Shown: positions 40,664 through 51,800, counted from the stretch's first letter. The stretch: 64,000 nt of DNA from Candidatus Latescibacterota bacterium (GCA_963791045.1 CAWBQK010000002.1:32001-96000); one strand, 5' to 3'. Numbers and translations: made by a program. The notes: generated by a model not told the origin, from the sequence alone.

Positions 40664-41440
40664 ATGGGGAAAATAGTAGCAATAACAAATCAAAAAGGCG
40701 GGGTCGGCAAGACGACAACGGCGGTCAACCTGTGCGCGAGCCTGGCCGCGGCGGAGAAACCAACTCTGCTCGTCGACATGGACCCCCAGGCCAACGCGGG
40801 GTCGGGACTCGGTGTCGACAAACGAACGCTCGAGACAACCGTCTACGAAGTACTCCTCGATGACACGCTGATCGACGAGGCGATCATCGAGACGTTGCTT
40901 CCACATCTCTGGCTTCTGCCCGCCAACGCACGTCTGACGGGAGCGGAAGTCGAACTCGTCGGGCATGAAGGCCGCGAATTCAAGTTGAAGAAAGCGCTCG
41001 AGAAAGTCAGAGACCGTTACGAGTATATCTTTATTGATTGCCCGCCAAGTCTCGGGCTTCTCACACTCAACACCCTGTCCGCCGCCGATTCGATTCTCAT
41101 ACCGGTGCAGTGCGAGTACTACGCGCTCGAGGGCCTGGGACAACTGCTAGAAACGATTAAGCTCGTGCAGGCCCGGCTCAATCCCAAACTCGAGATCGAG
41201 GGCGTTCTGCTCACGATGTTCGACCGCCGGCTCAACCTGGCGCGCCAGGTTGTCGAGGAAGCTTCCGATTACTTCGGGGACAAAGTGTACGAAACGATTA
41301 TTCCGCGGAATGTCAAACTGGGAGAGTCCCCCAGTTTTGGCAAACCGATACTTCTGTACGACGCCCAGTCTCAAGGGGCGCAAACATATCTACGTCTGGC
41401 AAGAGAGGTGATCAGCAGTGTCGAAGAAAGCGTTGGGTAA
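40664..41440 (+). CDS. parA: Chromosome partitioning ATPase ParA/Soj
   Basis: [39 protein letters not shown]. Confidence 0.96.
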   Translation: MGKIVAITNQKGGVGKTTTAVNLCASLAAAEKPTLLVDMDPQANAGSGLGVDKRTLETTVYEVLLDDTLIDEAIIETLLPHLWLLPANARLTGAEVELVGHEGREFKLKKALEKVRDRYEYIFIDCPPSLGLLTLNTLSAADSILIPVQCEYYALEGLGQLLETIKLVQARLNPKLEIEGVLLTMFDRRLNLARQVVEEASDYFGDKVYETIIPRNVKLGESPSFGKPILLYDAQSQGAQTYLRLAREVISSVEESVG

Positions 41441-42278
41441 AGGGCTGGATGCCCTCATACCTCAAGGGGTTATGGAGACGCTCGATTCCGAGAAGGTTCA
41501 TCATATCCCCGTCGGCGAGATCCGGGCCAACCCGCAGCAGCCGCGAAAGCGATTTGACAAAGAACGAATTCGATCGCTCGCCGAGAGCATTCAGGCCGAT
41601 GGAATCCTCCAGCCGGTGGTGGTCCGCCAGCGCGGCGAGCACTACGAACTCATCATGGGGGAACGTCGGCTCCAGGCCGCGCGCCTTGCCGGCGCTCAGA
41701 CGATACCCGCGATTCTACGCCCGGTTGAAGAGGCCGATGCCCTTCGTCTCGCGCTGGTCGAGAATTTGCAGAGGGAAGATCTCAACCCCATCGAAGTCGC
41801 CGAGGCGTACAAGGCGCTTGTCGACAAGTTCGGGCTGTCCCAACAGGAACTCTCGGGGCTCGTCGGTAAAGATCGGAGTTCGGTGGCCAACACGCTGCGG
41901 CTTCTCGCTTTGCCCGAGGAGATCCGGACGATGATCGTCGACGAGAAGATCAGCGAAGGGCACGCTCGAACATTGCTGGCGCTTTCGACACGCGCCGAGC
42001 AGCTTGCTCTGGCCAAGCGAATCGTCGAGAAACAATTGAACGTTCGGCAGACCGAGCTGGAAATCGGAGAGCGTCGTGAAAAACCGGCGAAGGGTAAGTC
42101 GAAGAAGGATAAGCCGGCGCACATCACGCTGCTCGAAAACGCGTTCTCGCAGCACCTGTCAACACGGGTGTCGATCGACGAGAAGCGCGGCGGAAAAGGA
42201 AAGATTGTGGTCGAGTTTTACAGCCACGACGATTTTGAACGGCTGGCGACACTCATGGAGATACCGCTTCCGCGATAA
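41418..42278 (+). CDS. parB: Chromosome partitioning protein ParB/Spo0J
   Basis: [35 protein letters not shown]. Confidence 0.96.
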   Translation: MSKKALGKGLDALIPQGVMETLDSEKVHHIPVGEIRANPQQPRKRFDKERIRSLAESIQADGILQPVVVRQRGEHYELIMGERRLQAARLAGAQTIPAILRPVEEADALRLALVENLQREDLNPIEVAEAYKALVDKFGLSQQELSGLVGKDRSSVANTLRLLALPEEIRTMIVDEKISEGHARTLLALSTRAEQLALAKRIVEKQLNVRQTELEIGERREKPAKGKSKKDKPAHITLLENAFSQHLSTRVSIDEKRGGKGKIVVEFYSHDDFERLATLMEIPLPR

Positions 42279-43078
42279 TGAAAAAGTACCTGTCACTTAT
42301 CGTCGCACCGCATGACAACGCGAATGTTCGAAACTACAAGATTTCGTACAGAATGTTGTACGCCCTTGGCGTTGTGATCGTGTTGTCCGTTGTGGTCCTG
42401 GTGGTTCTTACCATCGCGTACAGCCGTGTCCTTGTCAGGGCACAGCAAGCCGAGAGGCTTGTCGAGAGCAACGAGAGTGTCGTTATTCGAAAATCTGAAA
42501 TCGACTCGCTCAGGGTCGAACTGGTTCGGCTGCAGACCATGGGGATCCAGATCAAGAACATGATGGGTGTAGGATTGTCCGCTGAGGACAGCTCGCTGGT
42601 CGCTAATTTGTCGCCCATCGCCAAGTCTCCGGCCATTTCAGGCACGTTTGAGACGGCCGATGCGACGGCTGCGCAACAAAAGCTTTTGCTCAAAGCGATT
42701 CCATCCATGTGGCCTGTAAAAGGTTACGTCACCAAAGAGTTTCACGTGACCGGTGGCGAGAAAAACGAGCACTTCCACCCGGGCATGGATATTGCAGCCA
42801 CAAGAAATACACCGGTTCGAGCGTCCGCTGAAGGTGTCGTAATCACGAGCGGTTGGGATGAGATTTACGGGTATTTGGTCGTCATCGATCACGGTTTTGG
42901 GATTTCGACGGTCTATGGTCATAACACTCGTAATCTTGTTAGCGTAGGCGACCGGGTTGCCAGAGGGCAGACAATCGCTTTTCTGGGGTCCACCGGGAAA
43001 AGCACTGCTCCACATCTCCACTTCGAGGTGAAGAAAAACGGTGTGCCCGTGAATCCGAGAGATTACTTGCTCAACTAG
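42278..43078 (+). CDS. M23 family metallopeptidase
   Basis: TM helix plus coiled coil; HPGMD, YGHN, STAPHLHFEV. Confidence 0.92.
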   Translation: MKKYLSLIVAPHDNANVRNYKISYRMLYALGVVIVLSVVVLVVLTIAYSRVLVRAQQAERLVESNESVVIRKSEIDSLRVELVRLQTMGIQIKNMMGVGLSAEDSSLVANLSPIAKSPAISGTFETADATAAQQKLLLKAIPSMWPVKGYVTKEFHVTGGEKNEHFHPGMDIAATRNTPVRASAEGVVITSGWDEIYGYLVVIDHGFGISTVYGHNTRNLVSVGDRVARGQTIAFLGSTGKSTAPHLHFEVKKNGVPVNPRDYLLN

Positions 43079-43164
43079 ACACCAAACGAAAATTGGACTT
43101 TCACGAACATGGGTTTTGTGTATAATCGTCGCGCGTAAGAGACCTTAAAGAGGAGGAAGATCGC

Positions 43165-43605
43165 ATGTTTGGTAAGGAAGCAGATAGCCTCGGCGGCGGC
43201 GGAGGCGAAGGCAACCTCAACTCGATTCTCGGCCCAGGGTGCAAGGTTAAGGGCACAATCGAAATCCAGGGTACAATTCGGATCGACGGAGATTTTGACG
43301 GCGATATCAAATGCCCCGATACTCTTATCATCGGCAAGTCGGGTGTTGTCAAAGCCAACGTGACGGTCAAAAATGCTGTCATCGGTGGCAAGCTGCTTGG
43401 AAATATCCAGGCGAGCAACAAAATTGAACTTCAGACCGGCTCGCATGTCGAAGGCGACATCCAGACCACACGTCTGGTAATCGATGAGGGTGTGTTCTTC
43501 GAGGGTAGCTGCAAGATGGGTCAGGCAGCGACAACGTCGTCGTCACAGCGCCCGTCCTTTGAAAAAGAAACCAAGAAAGAGCTCGAAAAAGAGGCCGTTA
43601 AATAG
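43165..43605 (+). CDS. Bactofilin (polymer-forming cytoskeletal protein)
   Basis: SILGPGCKVKGTI...RIDGDFDGDI...LVIDEGVFFEGSCKM. Confidence 0.93.
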   Translation: MFGKEADSLGGGGGEGNLNSILGPGCKVKGTIEIQGTIRIDGDFDGDIKCPDTLIIGKSGVVKANVTVKNAVIGGKLLGNIQASNKIELQTGSHVEGDIQTTRLVIDEGVFFEGSCKMGQAATTSSSQRPSFEKETKKELEKEAVK

Positions 43606-43635
43606 CCTGAAGAGCAGGGATCGCCAGAAGAAAAC

Positions 43636-43674
43636 AAGGGGGCCGCGGTTTTGTATACCCGCAGCCCCCTTTTG
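43636..43674 (+). terminator. Intrinsic terminator after bactofilin
   Basis: AAGGGGGCCGCGG...CCGCAGCCCCCTT followed by a T-run. Confidence 0.7.
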
Positions 43675-43729
43675 CTTGCCCGTGACGCACACGAGTCGAC
43701 CGCAACAGGGGCCGCATTCCGGCAGCAAA

Positions 43730-43891
43730 TCTGCCACAATCCAGCCAGGGTTAAGTTCAGCGCACCAAATTTTGTCCACAATTGGCCGCACGGGTGTTGA
43801 TAAAGTGCCCTGCTCTGTGGAAAACCCCTAATTATATGCGTAGCAAGGAGATGGGCGGTTGGGGGTGGTGGCCGTTTCGGGCTTTTCCACA
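43730..43891. promoter_or_regulatory. Distal DnaA-box cluster
   Basis: TTGTCCACA 43772, TGTTGATAA 43795, TGTGGAAAA 43816, TTTTCCACA 43883, weaker TCTGCCACA 43730. Confidence 0.7.
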
Positions 43892-43998
43892 AATCACCCC
43901 GGGGTATTCGGCTTATCGTATAGTTTCAAAGAAGATAAGGTGCGCCGTTTCAACCAGCGACGCACCTCCCTGAGATTACCCTTTGATATTTAATAAAA

Positions 43999-44026
43999 TG
44001 ATGCCCTCGCACGGAGGACGAAATCA
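43999..44026 (-). promoter_or_regulatory. Putative SECIS for the C-terminal Sec
   Basis: TGAT-TTC-GTCCTC-[CGTGC]-GAGGGC-ATCA; loop GU at +21/+22. Confidence 0.7.
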
Positions 44027-44248
44027 GACGCCTCAGGTTCCCCCGAACCCGATGGTGACCTCACCCTCATCAATAATCACGGGGACGTCACGCCGTCCAT
44101 CTGTGTAACGGAGCATCTCCTCGAGCGCTTGTGGATCCTGCTTGACATTCCTGTAGTCAACAACGACGTTTCGCGATGCGTAGTCCTCACGGGCCGCAAC
44201 AGTGTAGGGTCATGTGTCTTTGCCAAATATCATTACTCTGCTGGTCAT
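44024..44248 (-). CDS. Glutaredoxin-like selenoprotein with two Sec (UXX-star type), 74 aa
   Basis: Manual translation: MTSRVMIFGKDT-U-PYTVAAREDYASRNVVVDYRNVKQDPQALEEMLRYTDGRRDVPVIIDEGEVTIGFGGT-U-GV*. TGA at 44210-44212 and 44033-44035; GAGG RBS. Confidence 0.9.
44177..44198 (-). promoter_or_regulatory. Putative SECIS for the N-terminal Sec
   Basis: TGCG-G-CC-[CGTGA]-GG-A-C-TA-CGCA; loop GU at +20/+21. Confidence 0.5.
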
Positions 44249-44297
44249 TGTTCCACGCCTCGTTTTTTTGTGTTACCAGGTGCTTTAGTTCGGACTC

Positions 44298-44498
44298 GCC
44301 GCGGGTGGCGGCTCACGTTCTGGGTTGTTGAAGTTTCTGAAAATGACACCCCGCACTTCGCTTCGCTCGCCGATGGGGCCCCCGGAGCGGCGCAGCGTTA
44401 GCGAGTACGCGCGGGCTTACCATCAGGCCACTGAAGCATCTGAGCTGAACACCCCGCACCTCGCTTCGCTCGGGGTGATCGATGACAGGACCCGCGGC
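44298..44498 (+). repeat. Dispersed palindromic repeat family, longest copy with two insert modules
   Basis: 9-bp terminal IR GCCGCGGGT/ACCCGCGGC; modules at 44310-44368 and 44414-44471. Confidence 0.87.
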
Positions 44499-44619
44499 CA
44501 AGAAAACGGTTAAAGCGCCGCGGGTTTTTCCCGCCGGACTCGTCACAACGCAACGAGGATAGATGACGCGGCTGCAAATTGGCAAGCGAACAATCGAAAG
44601 CAACAATTTCGGCGAATGG

Positions 44620-44628
44620 TGGTATAAT
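44620..44628 (+). promoter_or_regulatory. Extended -10 promoter for the moxR operon
   Basis: TG-G-TATAAT. Confidence 0.5.
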
Positions 44629-44705
44629 TCATGGGGCTTCGGCGCCGGCCGATGCCTTTCTTATAAAAAGTCCGATACGCCCACTCTCAAAGAGGAATCG
44701 ATCGA

Positions 44706-45701
44706 ATGACAGATCAGAACCAAAAAATGGCGGATGTCGAAGAGATCAAACGATTCAACCGCGGGTACGAAAAGATCCGGGGCGAGATCGGCAAGGTTAT
44801 TGTCGGGCAGAAGTCGGTTGTCGAAGAGTTGATGATAGCGCTTTTCGCCGGCGGGCACTGCCTGGTGGTCGGCGTGCCGGGTCTTGCCAAAACACTTCTT
44901 ATCTCGACCGTGGCCAAGGCTCTCGAACTAAAATTCTCCCGCATCCAGTTCACGCCGGACCTCATGCCGTCGGATATTACGGGGACCGAGATCCTCGAAG
45001 AGGAGACCGGGACCGGTAAGAGGACCTTCAAGTTCGTCAAGGGTCCGGTCTTCGCCAATGTCGTCCTCGCCGACGAGATCAACCGGACACCGCCAAAAAC
45101 ACAGGCGGCGCTTCTTCAGGCAATGCAGGAGCACGAGGTGACGGCGGGAGGCGGCACGTTTGGCCTGGAGCTTCCGTTCTTTGTCCTCGCGACGCAGAAC
45201 CCGATCGAACAGGAAGGGACATATCCGCTTCCGGAGGCGCAGCTCGACCGGTTTATGTTCCATATCAACGTGGACTACCCGACTGAAGCCGAAGAACTTG
45301 AGATTGTCGAAACCACGACCTCTAGAGTACCGGAAGAACCCTCGGTCGTTTTGAATGCGGAAGACATTCTTCGTATCCAGCAAATCGTAAGAACGGTTCC
45401 CATCTCGAGCCACGTTCTCAACTACGCGATTCGTATCGTCCGCGCGACGCGCGACGGGGCGTCCGGCGCCGTAAAAGATTACGTGAGTTGGGGCGCCGGG
45501 CCGCGTGCGGGACAGCACCTCGTTCTGGGCGCCAAAGTCCGCGCGATCATGCATGGGCGTCCGACGCCGAGCCTGGATGACGTGCGCATGATCGCACCCC
45601 CGGTCCTCCGGCACAGAATCGTTACCAATTTCAATGCGGATGCCGATGGCGTGACGACCGACCAGATCGTCAAGACACTGCTCGACGAGGTTCCCGAGTA
45701 A
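44706..45701 (+). CDS. MoxR family AAA+ ATPase
   Basis: GVPGLAKT, RIQFTPDLMPSD, ADEINR, ATQNPIEQEGTYPLPEAQLDRF. Confidence 0.95.
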   Translation: MTDQNQKMADVEEIKRFNRGYEKIRGEIGKVIVGQKSVVEELMIALFAGGHCLVVGVPGLAKTLLISTVAKALELKFSRIQFTPDLMPSDITGTEILEEETGTGKRTFKFVKGPVFANVVLADEINRTPPKTQAALLQAMQEHEVTAGGGTFGLELPFFVLATQNPIEQEGTYPLPEAQLDRFMFHINVDYPTEAEELEIVETTTSRVPEEPSVVLNAEDILRIQQIVRTVPISSHVLNYAIRIVRATRDGASGAVKDYVSWGAGPRAGQHLVLGAKVRAIMHGRPTPSLDDVRMIAPPVLRHRIVTNFNADADGVTTDQIVKTLLDEVPE

Positions 45702-45748
45702 AACCCGCCCCACGCACCGTCACAACGAACTAACAAGAGGCTTTTCCG

Positions 45749-46695
45749 GTGGCGCGAACAAAACGACAGGCCGTCAACAAATACCTCGATCCAGCCGTGG
45801 TGAGCCACCTCGGCAACATGGAGCTCAAGGCGCGGCTGATCGTCGAAGGGTATATCGCCGGTTTGCACAGAAGTCCCTACCACGGGTTTTCGGTGGAGTT
45901 TGCGGAGTACCGACAGTACATGCAGGGCGATAACACACGCCACATCGACTGGAAGGTGTACGGGAAGACCGACCGGTTCTACATGAAAGTGTTCGAGGAA
46001 GAGACGAACCTCCGCGCCACGGTGATTCTCGACAAGAGCGGCTCGATGGGGTTTGCGTCACCGGCATCACAGACGGCGAAGGTATCCAGCACGACCGGCG
46101 TCGAGATCGACAAGCTCACCTACGGCGGGCTGCTCGCGGCGAGCCTCTCGTATCTCATGATCCGGCAGCAGGATGCAGTAGGGCTTTGCCTCTTCGACGA
46201 ACAAGTCCGCGCGCTTACCGCGCACCGGGCGGTGCGAAAACATCTCTTCTATCTCTTGAGTTCGCTGGAAAGGTCGAACCCGGTGCGAAAACACAAATCA
46301 GCCCGGCGCTCCACCATATCGCCGAACGGATTAAACGGCGTGGGCTCGTGATACTGATTTCTGATCTGATGGACAACCCGGAAGACGTTCTCATGGGACT
46401 AAAGCACTTCCGGCACCGCGGACACGAGGTGATTGTTTTTCATCTCCTCGATCCTCGTGAAATCGACCTCGATTACCGCGACGAAGTCGAGTTTCAGGAT
46501 ATGGAAACCGGACGCAAGCTTCGCGTTGAACCGGCTTTCTTGAAGGAAGAGTATTCGCAAAACATACGAGCCTGGATCGACATGCTGGACCGCGGGTGTA
46601 AATCCCACCAGATCGACTACAACCTGCTTTCGACGCACACACCGTTCGACCAGGCCCTGACTGCCTACCTGAACAAACGTGTTCGATTGACCTGA
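45749..46695 (+). CDS. DUF58 domain protein (frameshift near 46270)
   Basis: GLHRSPYHGFSVEFAEYRQY, IDWKVY, EEETN; C-terminal part in ORF 46186-46695. Confidence 0.9.
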
Positions 46696-46705
46696 GGACA
46701 GCGAC

Positions 46706-48817
46706 GTGCTTGGTTTTGGATTTTTGAACAGCCTGTTTCTCATCGGTCTTGGGGCGATGGCGCTTCCCATTGTGATTCATATCCTCAACCGGCGCCGGCT
46801 GCGCAAGATCAAGTTCAGCTCGCTCGATTTTATCTACGAACTCAACAAGCGGCGGATGAGCAAAGTCAATTTCCGCCGGTGGATCATCCTTATTCTTCGT
46901 ACCCTCGCGGTCGTTTTTCTCGTGCTCGCGTTTGCGCGGCCGACCATCCAGAGCAACGCCTCGTTCTTTATGCCCGGCGAGGCCCCCAAACACGTTGTGA
47001 TATGTCTCGACGCGAGTTACAGCATGAGCGCCGAGCATGAAGAGGGCACCGCCTTCACCATCGCGCGCGATCTCGCCAGGCAGGTGGTTGACGAATGCCA
47101 CCAGAACGACCTCGTCAATGTTGTCGTTTTCGCCGACCGCACCGATGTTCTCTTCGAAGCGGGAACGCGGAACAAGCAGCTCGTCCGGGGCGCTCTCGAC
47201 GAACTCACCGTCACCGCCGAAGGCACCTCGATTCCCGGCGCCGTCGAGACGGCGGTCGAACTGCTCGGCGAGTCCGAGATCGCGACGAGCGAGATTTATG
47301 TCATTTCGGATTTCAGGGAAGGCGCGGATTCGTTGGGCGGATTCGAACCGCCGGAGAATACACGCCTTATCTTTCTTCCCACGGACAGAGGGAACATTGA
47401 CAACGTCAGTATCGATCGGGTGTTCACTCCGCGAAAGCTGATCCGGCCGGGGGAAGTCATTCGGATCGGTGTGGCGATGACCAACCACTCCCGCGAGCGC
47501 GCCATCGACTTTCCGCTCGAACTCTCCGTCGACGGCAAGCGGCTCGCCGAGAAGATCGTCACGCTCTCACCCGCCTCGTCGGTCACCGAGACATTCGTGA
47601 TCTCGATCGCGGACTGGGGATCGCACAGATGCCGGGTGGCAAAAAACCGGGACAGACTCCCCCTCGATGACGATCGGCACTTTGTCATCGAAGTCTCGAG
47701 AAAAATTCCAGTCACAATCATCCGCGGAAGGAAGTTCGCCCCGGGGAGCGATTCGGATCCGGCCGCCGCGTATTTCTATATAGACAAAGCGCTCAACCCG
47801 CGCGGCGCCCAGGGCGGCGAGTTCAGCGTGAACGTGATCGACCAGAACGCGCTCACGGCGGCAAGCCTGCCGGGTAACGGTGTTGTTGTGTGGACCGATC
47901 CGCGGGAGATGGACTCGAGGCGTCTCGATTTGTTGACGCGGCATGTGTACGGCGGAGGCGCGATGTTGGTGTTTGTCGGCGGCGATCGGAACGACCTGTG
48001 GCAGGACGAAGGTTTCAGGCGTCTCCTTGGTGTCGAGCGTCTGACCGCCAGGGACAAAAACGACGGTGTGCGGTTGGGGTCTTTTGCCGGTACACATCCA
48101 ATTTTTGAAATCTTTAACGAGGAAGAGCTGGAACTGCTTTCACAATCAAGTGTGACACGGTTTGCGGCGGGCTCGGGCGTCTCCCCCGACTCGATCCTCG
48201 CCTACTTCGACGGCGGGGCGCCGGCCGTTTGGGAAAACCGACACGGCCAGGGGAGGACGCTGGTTGTGGCGGCAAGCCCCGATCTCGCCGCCGGCAATTT
48301 GCCGCTTTCACCCATGTTCCTTCCGTTTGTTCACACGGCGGTGTCGTACCTGGCCACAGCCGGTCACACCGACCCCCGACGCGAGAATCTCGTGGGCGAC
48401 GATTTGTATTTTGATCTCACGCCGAGGTGGGCGGCGCTCTCGACCCAGCTCCGCGTCAGGACCGAGACAAGGGACGCGACCGAACCCCAGCCGGACACGG
48501 CGCCTGTGTTGTTCGAATCGGGGCAGGGAGAGGTCAAGGCGATGGTGGCGCGTCCGCGTCACGTTGGGTTCTACACACTTATGGTGGACACCACGCGGAT
48601 CGCGCAGTCGTGCGTCAATGTCGATACGAGAGAATCCAATCTCAATGCCCGCGAGTTCGACGACAACGCGACCGCTGGAGCGCGGGTAATCGATGTGTCG
48701 GGGAATCTTGCCGAAGACCTTCGCCGCGAACGGCAGGGCCGCGAAGTTTTTGCCGCCTTTTTGCTCCTGGCGCTATGTGCGCTTGTCGCCGAAGCGATTC
48801 TCGGCAGGAAAGCGTAG
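46706..48817 (+). CDS. BatA domain / vWA membrane protein
   Basis: LPIVIHIL..F SSL..LRTL..LAFARP; MIDAS DASYSM; C-terminal TM helix. Confidence 0.88.
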   Translation: MLGFGFLNSLFLIGLGAMALPIVIHILNRRRLRKIKFSSLDFIYELNKRRMSKVNFRRWIILILRTLAVVFLVLAFARPTIQSNASFFMPGEAPKHVVICLDASYSMSAEHEEGTAFTIARDLARQVVDECHQNDLVNVVVFADRTDVLFEAGTRNKQLVRGALDELTVTAEGTSIPGAVETAVELLGESEIATSEIYVISDFREGADSLGGFEPPENTRLIFLPTDRGNIDNVSIDRVFTPRKLIRPGEVIRIGVAMTNHSRERAIDFPLELSVDGKRLAEKIVTLSPASSVTETFVISIADWGSHRCRVAKNRDRLPLDDDRHFVIEVSRKIPVTIIRGRKFAPGSDSDPAAAYFYIDKALNPRGAQGGEFSVNVIDQNALTAASLPGNGVVVWTDPREMDSRRLDLLTRHVYGGGAMLVFVGGDRNDLWQDEGFRRLLGVERLTARDKNDGVRLGSFAGTHPIFEIFNEEELELLSQSSVTRFAAGSGVSPDSILAYFDGGAPAVWENRHGQGRTLVVAASPDLAAGNLPLSPMFLPFVHTAVSYLATAGHTDPRRENLVGDDLYFDLTPRWAALSTQLRVRTETRDATEPQPDTAPVLFESGQGEVKAMVARPRHVGFYTLMVDTTRIAQSCVNVDTRESNLNAREFDDNATAGARVIDVSGNLAEDLRRERQGREVFAAFLLLALCALVAEAILGRKA

Positions 48818-48832
48818 GAAGCGAACAACATC

Positions 48833-51800
48833 ATGCCCAGATCCGGCAGAGACATCGATCAACACGGGGCGGCCTCGCTCGTAGACAAAGTGCGCCGCGT
48901 GGACGGAGTTCGTGCGATCGAACGGGCCCTCGGTGGTGGCGCGCGCCGGGTGGATGTGTCGGGACTCAAGGGAACGGCCGGGGCGTTTGTCGTGGAAGCG
49001 CTCAGGGGATCATTCGGCGGCACGTTTCTAGTGTGCTGTCCTGACGAGGAAACGGCGCGGGATGTTCACGCCGATCTCGATACGGTTTCTCCATCGAGGG
49101 TCGCGTTTTTCCCCGCCAAAGACATCTTTCCCCAGCGCTTCGATGTCAAAGAGAACCTCTCCGTCAGGGGAAAGCGCAACGCGTGTCTCGATGATATCCG
49201 CATGGGGCACGTCGATATTGTTGTGACGAGCCTTGTCGGGTTTCTCGAAAAAACCATCCGCGTCGATAAACTCCGGAAACACGTTCGCCGTATTGGTGTC
49301 GGCGATGATCTCGATCTCGAAGAGCTTCGTGGCCATCTCGTCGATGTCGGGTACGAGGCCATGTCGATTATCGAGGAGCCGGGACAGTTCGCCGTCCGCG
49401 GCGCCATTGTTGATTTGTACGACCCTTCCTGGGAAGACCCCGTGCGGTTCGAGCTTCTCGACGACGAGGTGATTTCGATCCGTGCCTTCGACATCGAATC
49501 GCAGCGCTCGAACGTCCAACTGGAGAGCGCGCGGCTCTTGCCCGCCACCGGGGTTATTGTCGGCGACGAGGCGTTCGCGGAACTCAAAACCAATCTGACG
49601 GAAAAAGGATTCGAGGCGGCGGCGATCCAGGATATCCGGCAGGAGATTGAAGACCATCGCTTTTCGTATCTTCTCAGGCGTTACGCGCCGGCGATGGGGG
49701 TTGACGGAGCGCTGCTCGACTTTTTCCCGTCACCTCCGACCGTATTTTTCTGGGACGAAGAGGGGCTTGCGCACGAATTTGAAAAACTCCAGGGAGAAAT
49801 CGAGCATGTGAAAACCCTGGCCGGTGAGGCGGAGCCCGTGCTCGATCTCCACGATTACACCCACCCGCCCGAGTACTACACGTCCCGCGGCGTTGCCGCC
49901 GTTCACCACTGGAAACTCGCGCCCAAAGGCGACGCGGCGCCCCCCCATGTTATCTCGTTCCGGACGAATGAACATCCGACGGTGGTCGGCAAGTTCGAGA
50001 CGTTTGTCGACACGCTTAAGTCGCTCAGGCAAAAAAACACGGACATCCACATCTTTTCTGAAAGTGCCGTCCAGCGCGAGCGGCTTGCCGATATGCTTGG
50101 CGATGACGAGGCTCTCGTTCATCTTCCCGTCGGATGGATCTCGGCGGGATTTGTGTGGCCGTCGAGCGGGCTCGCCGTTCTGACCGATCACGAGATATTT
50201 CACAGGAGTCTCCCGCGACCCACGGAGAGGGGGCCCGTGCGTCGAACGCAGGCGCGCCGGCCGGAGAATCTCCAGGTGGGTGATTTCATCGTCCATGTCG
50301 ATTATGGGATCGGCCGGTATCTGGGTCTGGAAAAGGTCCCCGTCGAGGGGGGAGAGGCCGAATGTCTCAATCTTCGCTACGAAGGGACGGACCGGATCTT
50401 TGTCCCGCTCGATCAGATGGGGCTTGTCGAGAAGTACGTCGGCAAGGATGGTGTTGTCCCCGCGATCGACCGGCTGAGAAGCACGAAGTGGCAGCGGACG
50501 AAGGAGCGAACAAAGAAAGCGCTCGAAGATGTCGCGAGGGACCTGCTCCAGGTTTACGCGGAGCGCGAGGTGGCCGGCGGGCTTGCTTTCAACCCCGACG
50601 GGCAGTGGCAAAAAGAACTCGAAGCGTCGTTCCCGTTCGAGGAGACGCCTCACCAGCTCAAGGCCGCCGAAGAAATCAAGAAAGACATGGAATCGCCAAA
50701 GCCGATGGACAGGCTGATCTGCGGCGATGTCGGTTTCGGCAAGACGGAGGTGGCGATCCGGGCGGCGTTCAAGGCGGTCAGCCAGGGCAAGCAGGTGGCG
50801 GTCCTCGTGCCGACCACGATTCTTGCCCTCCAGCATTACAAGACCTTCAGCGAAAGGATGGCGCCCTTTCCCGTCAAGGTCGAGATGCTGAGCCGCTTCC
50901 GTTCGGCGGCCGAACAAAAGAAAATTGTCGAACAGCTTGGAAGCGGGCAGGTCGACATCGTCATCGGTACGCACCGGCTTCTCTCAGGGGACATTCGCTA
51001 CCATGACATCGGTTTGCTCATCATCGACGAAGAGCACCGCTTCGGCGTGAAGAACAAGGAGAAGATAAAGACGGGTCAAACGGACGATCGATGTGCTTTC
51101 GATGACGGCGACGCCAATCCCGAGGACACTCTACATGAGTCTTTCGGGATTGAGGCGGATATCGGTGATTGATACGCCGCCCAGGAACCGGCACCCGGTA
51201 AAGACCGAAGTTCTGCCGTTTGACGAGGACACGATTGCACAGGCGATTCGCGCCGAGGTGCGTCGCGGCGGACAGGCCTTTCTCGTCCACAACCGCGTGG
51301 CGTCGATCCAATCGATACAAGCGTTTCTCGAGCGCCTCCTCCCGGAAGTTCGCTTCGGTGTTGCGCACGGGCAGATGGCGGAGAAGGATCTCGAGAAGAT
51401 CATTCTTGATTTCATCGATAAAAAGTTCGATGTGCTCGTGTCGACGACGATTATCGAGTCGGGGCTCGACTTCCCGAATGTCAATACGATCATCATCAAC
51501 CGCGCGGATCGCTTCGGGCTCGCCGAGCTCTACCAGCTCAGAGGTCGGGTCGGCCGGCGCGAACAGCAGGCGTACGCCTATCTCCTTGTGCCTCGCAACT
51601 TCTCGGTCAGCGAGAACGCGAGCAAACGACTGCAGGCGATGGAGGATTTCGAGGAGCTGGGAAGCGGGTACCGCCTGGCGATGCGCGACCTCGAAATCCG
51701 TGGCGCCGGAAACGTTCTGGGTGTGGAGCAGCACGGCCAGGTTGTCGCCGTCGGGTTCGATTTGTATTGCCGGATGCTAAAAGAGGCCGTCGACAAGCTC

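Noticed and set aside
42738-42753. Second parS within the M23 gene
   Set aside because: Only GTTTCACGTGA matches; the right arm is broken
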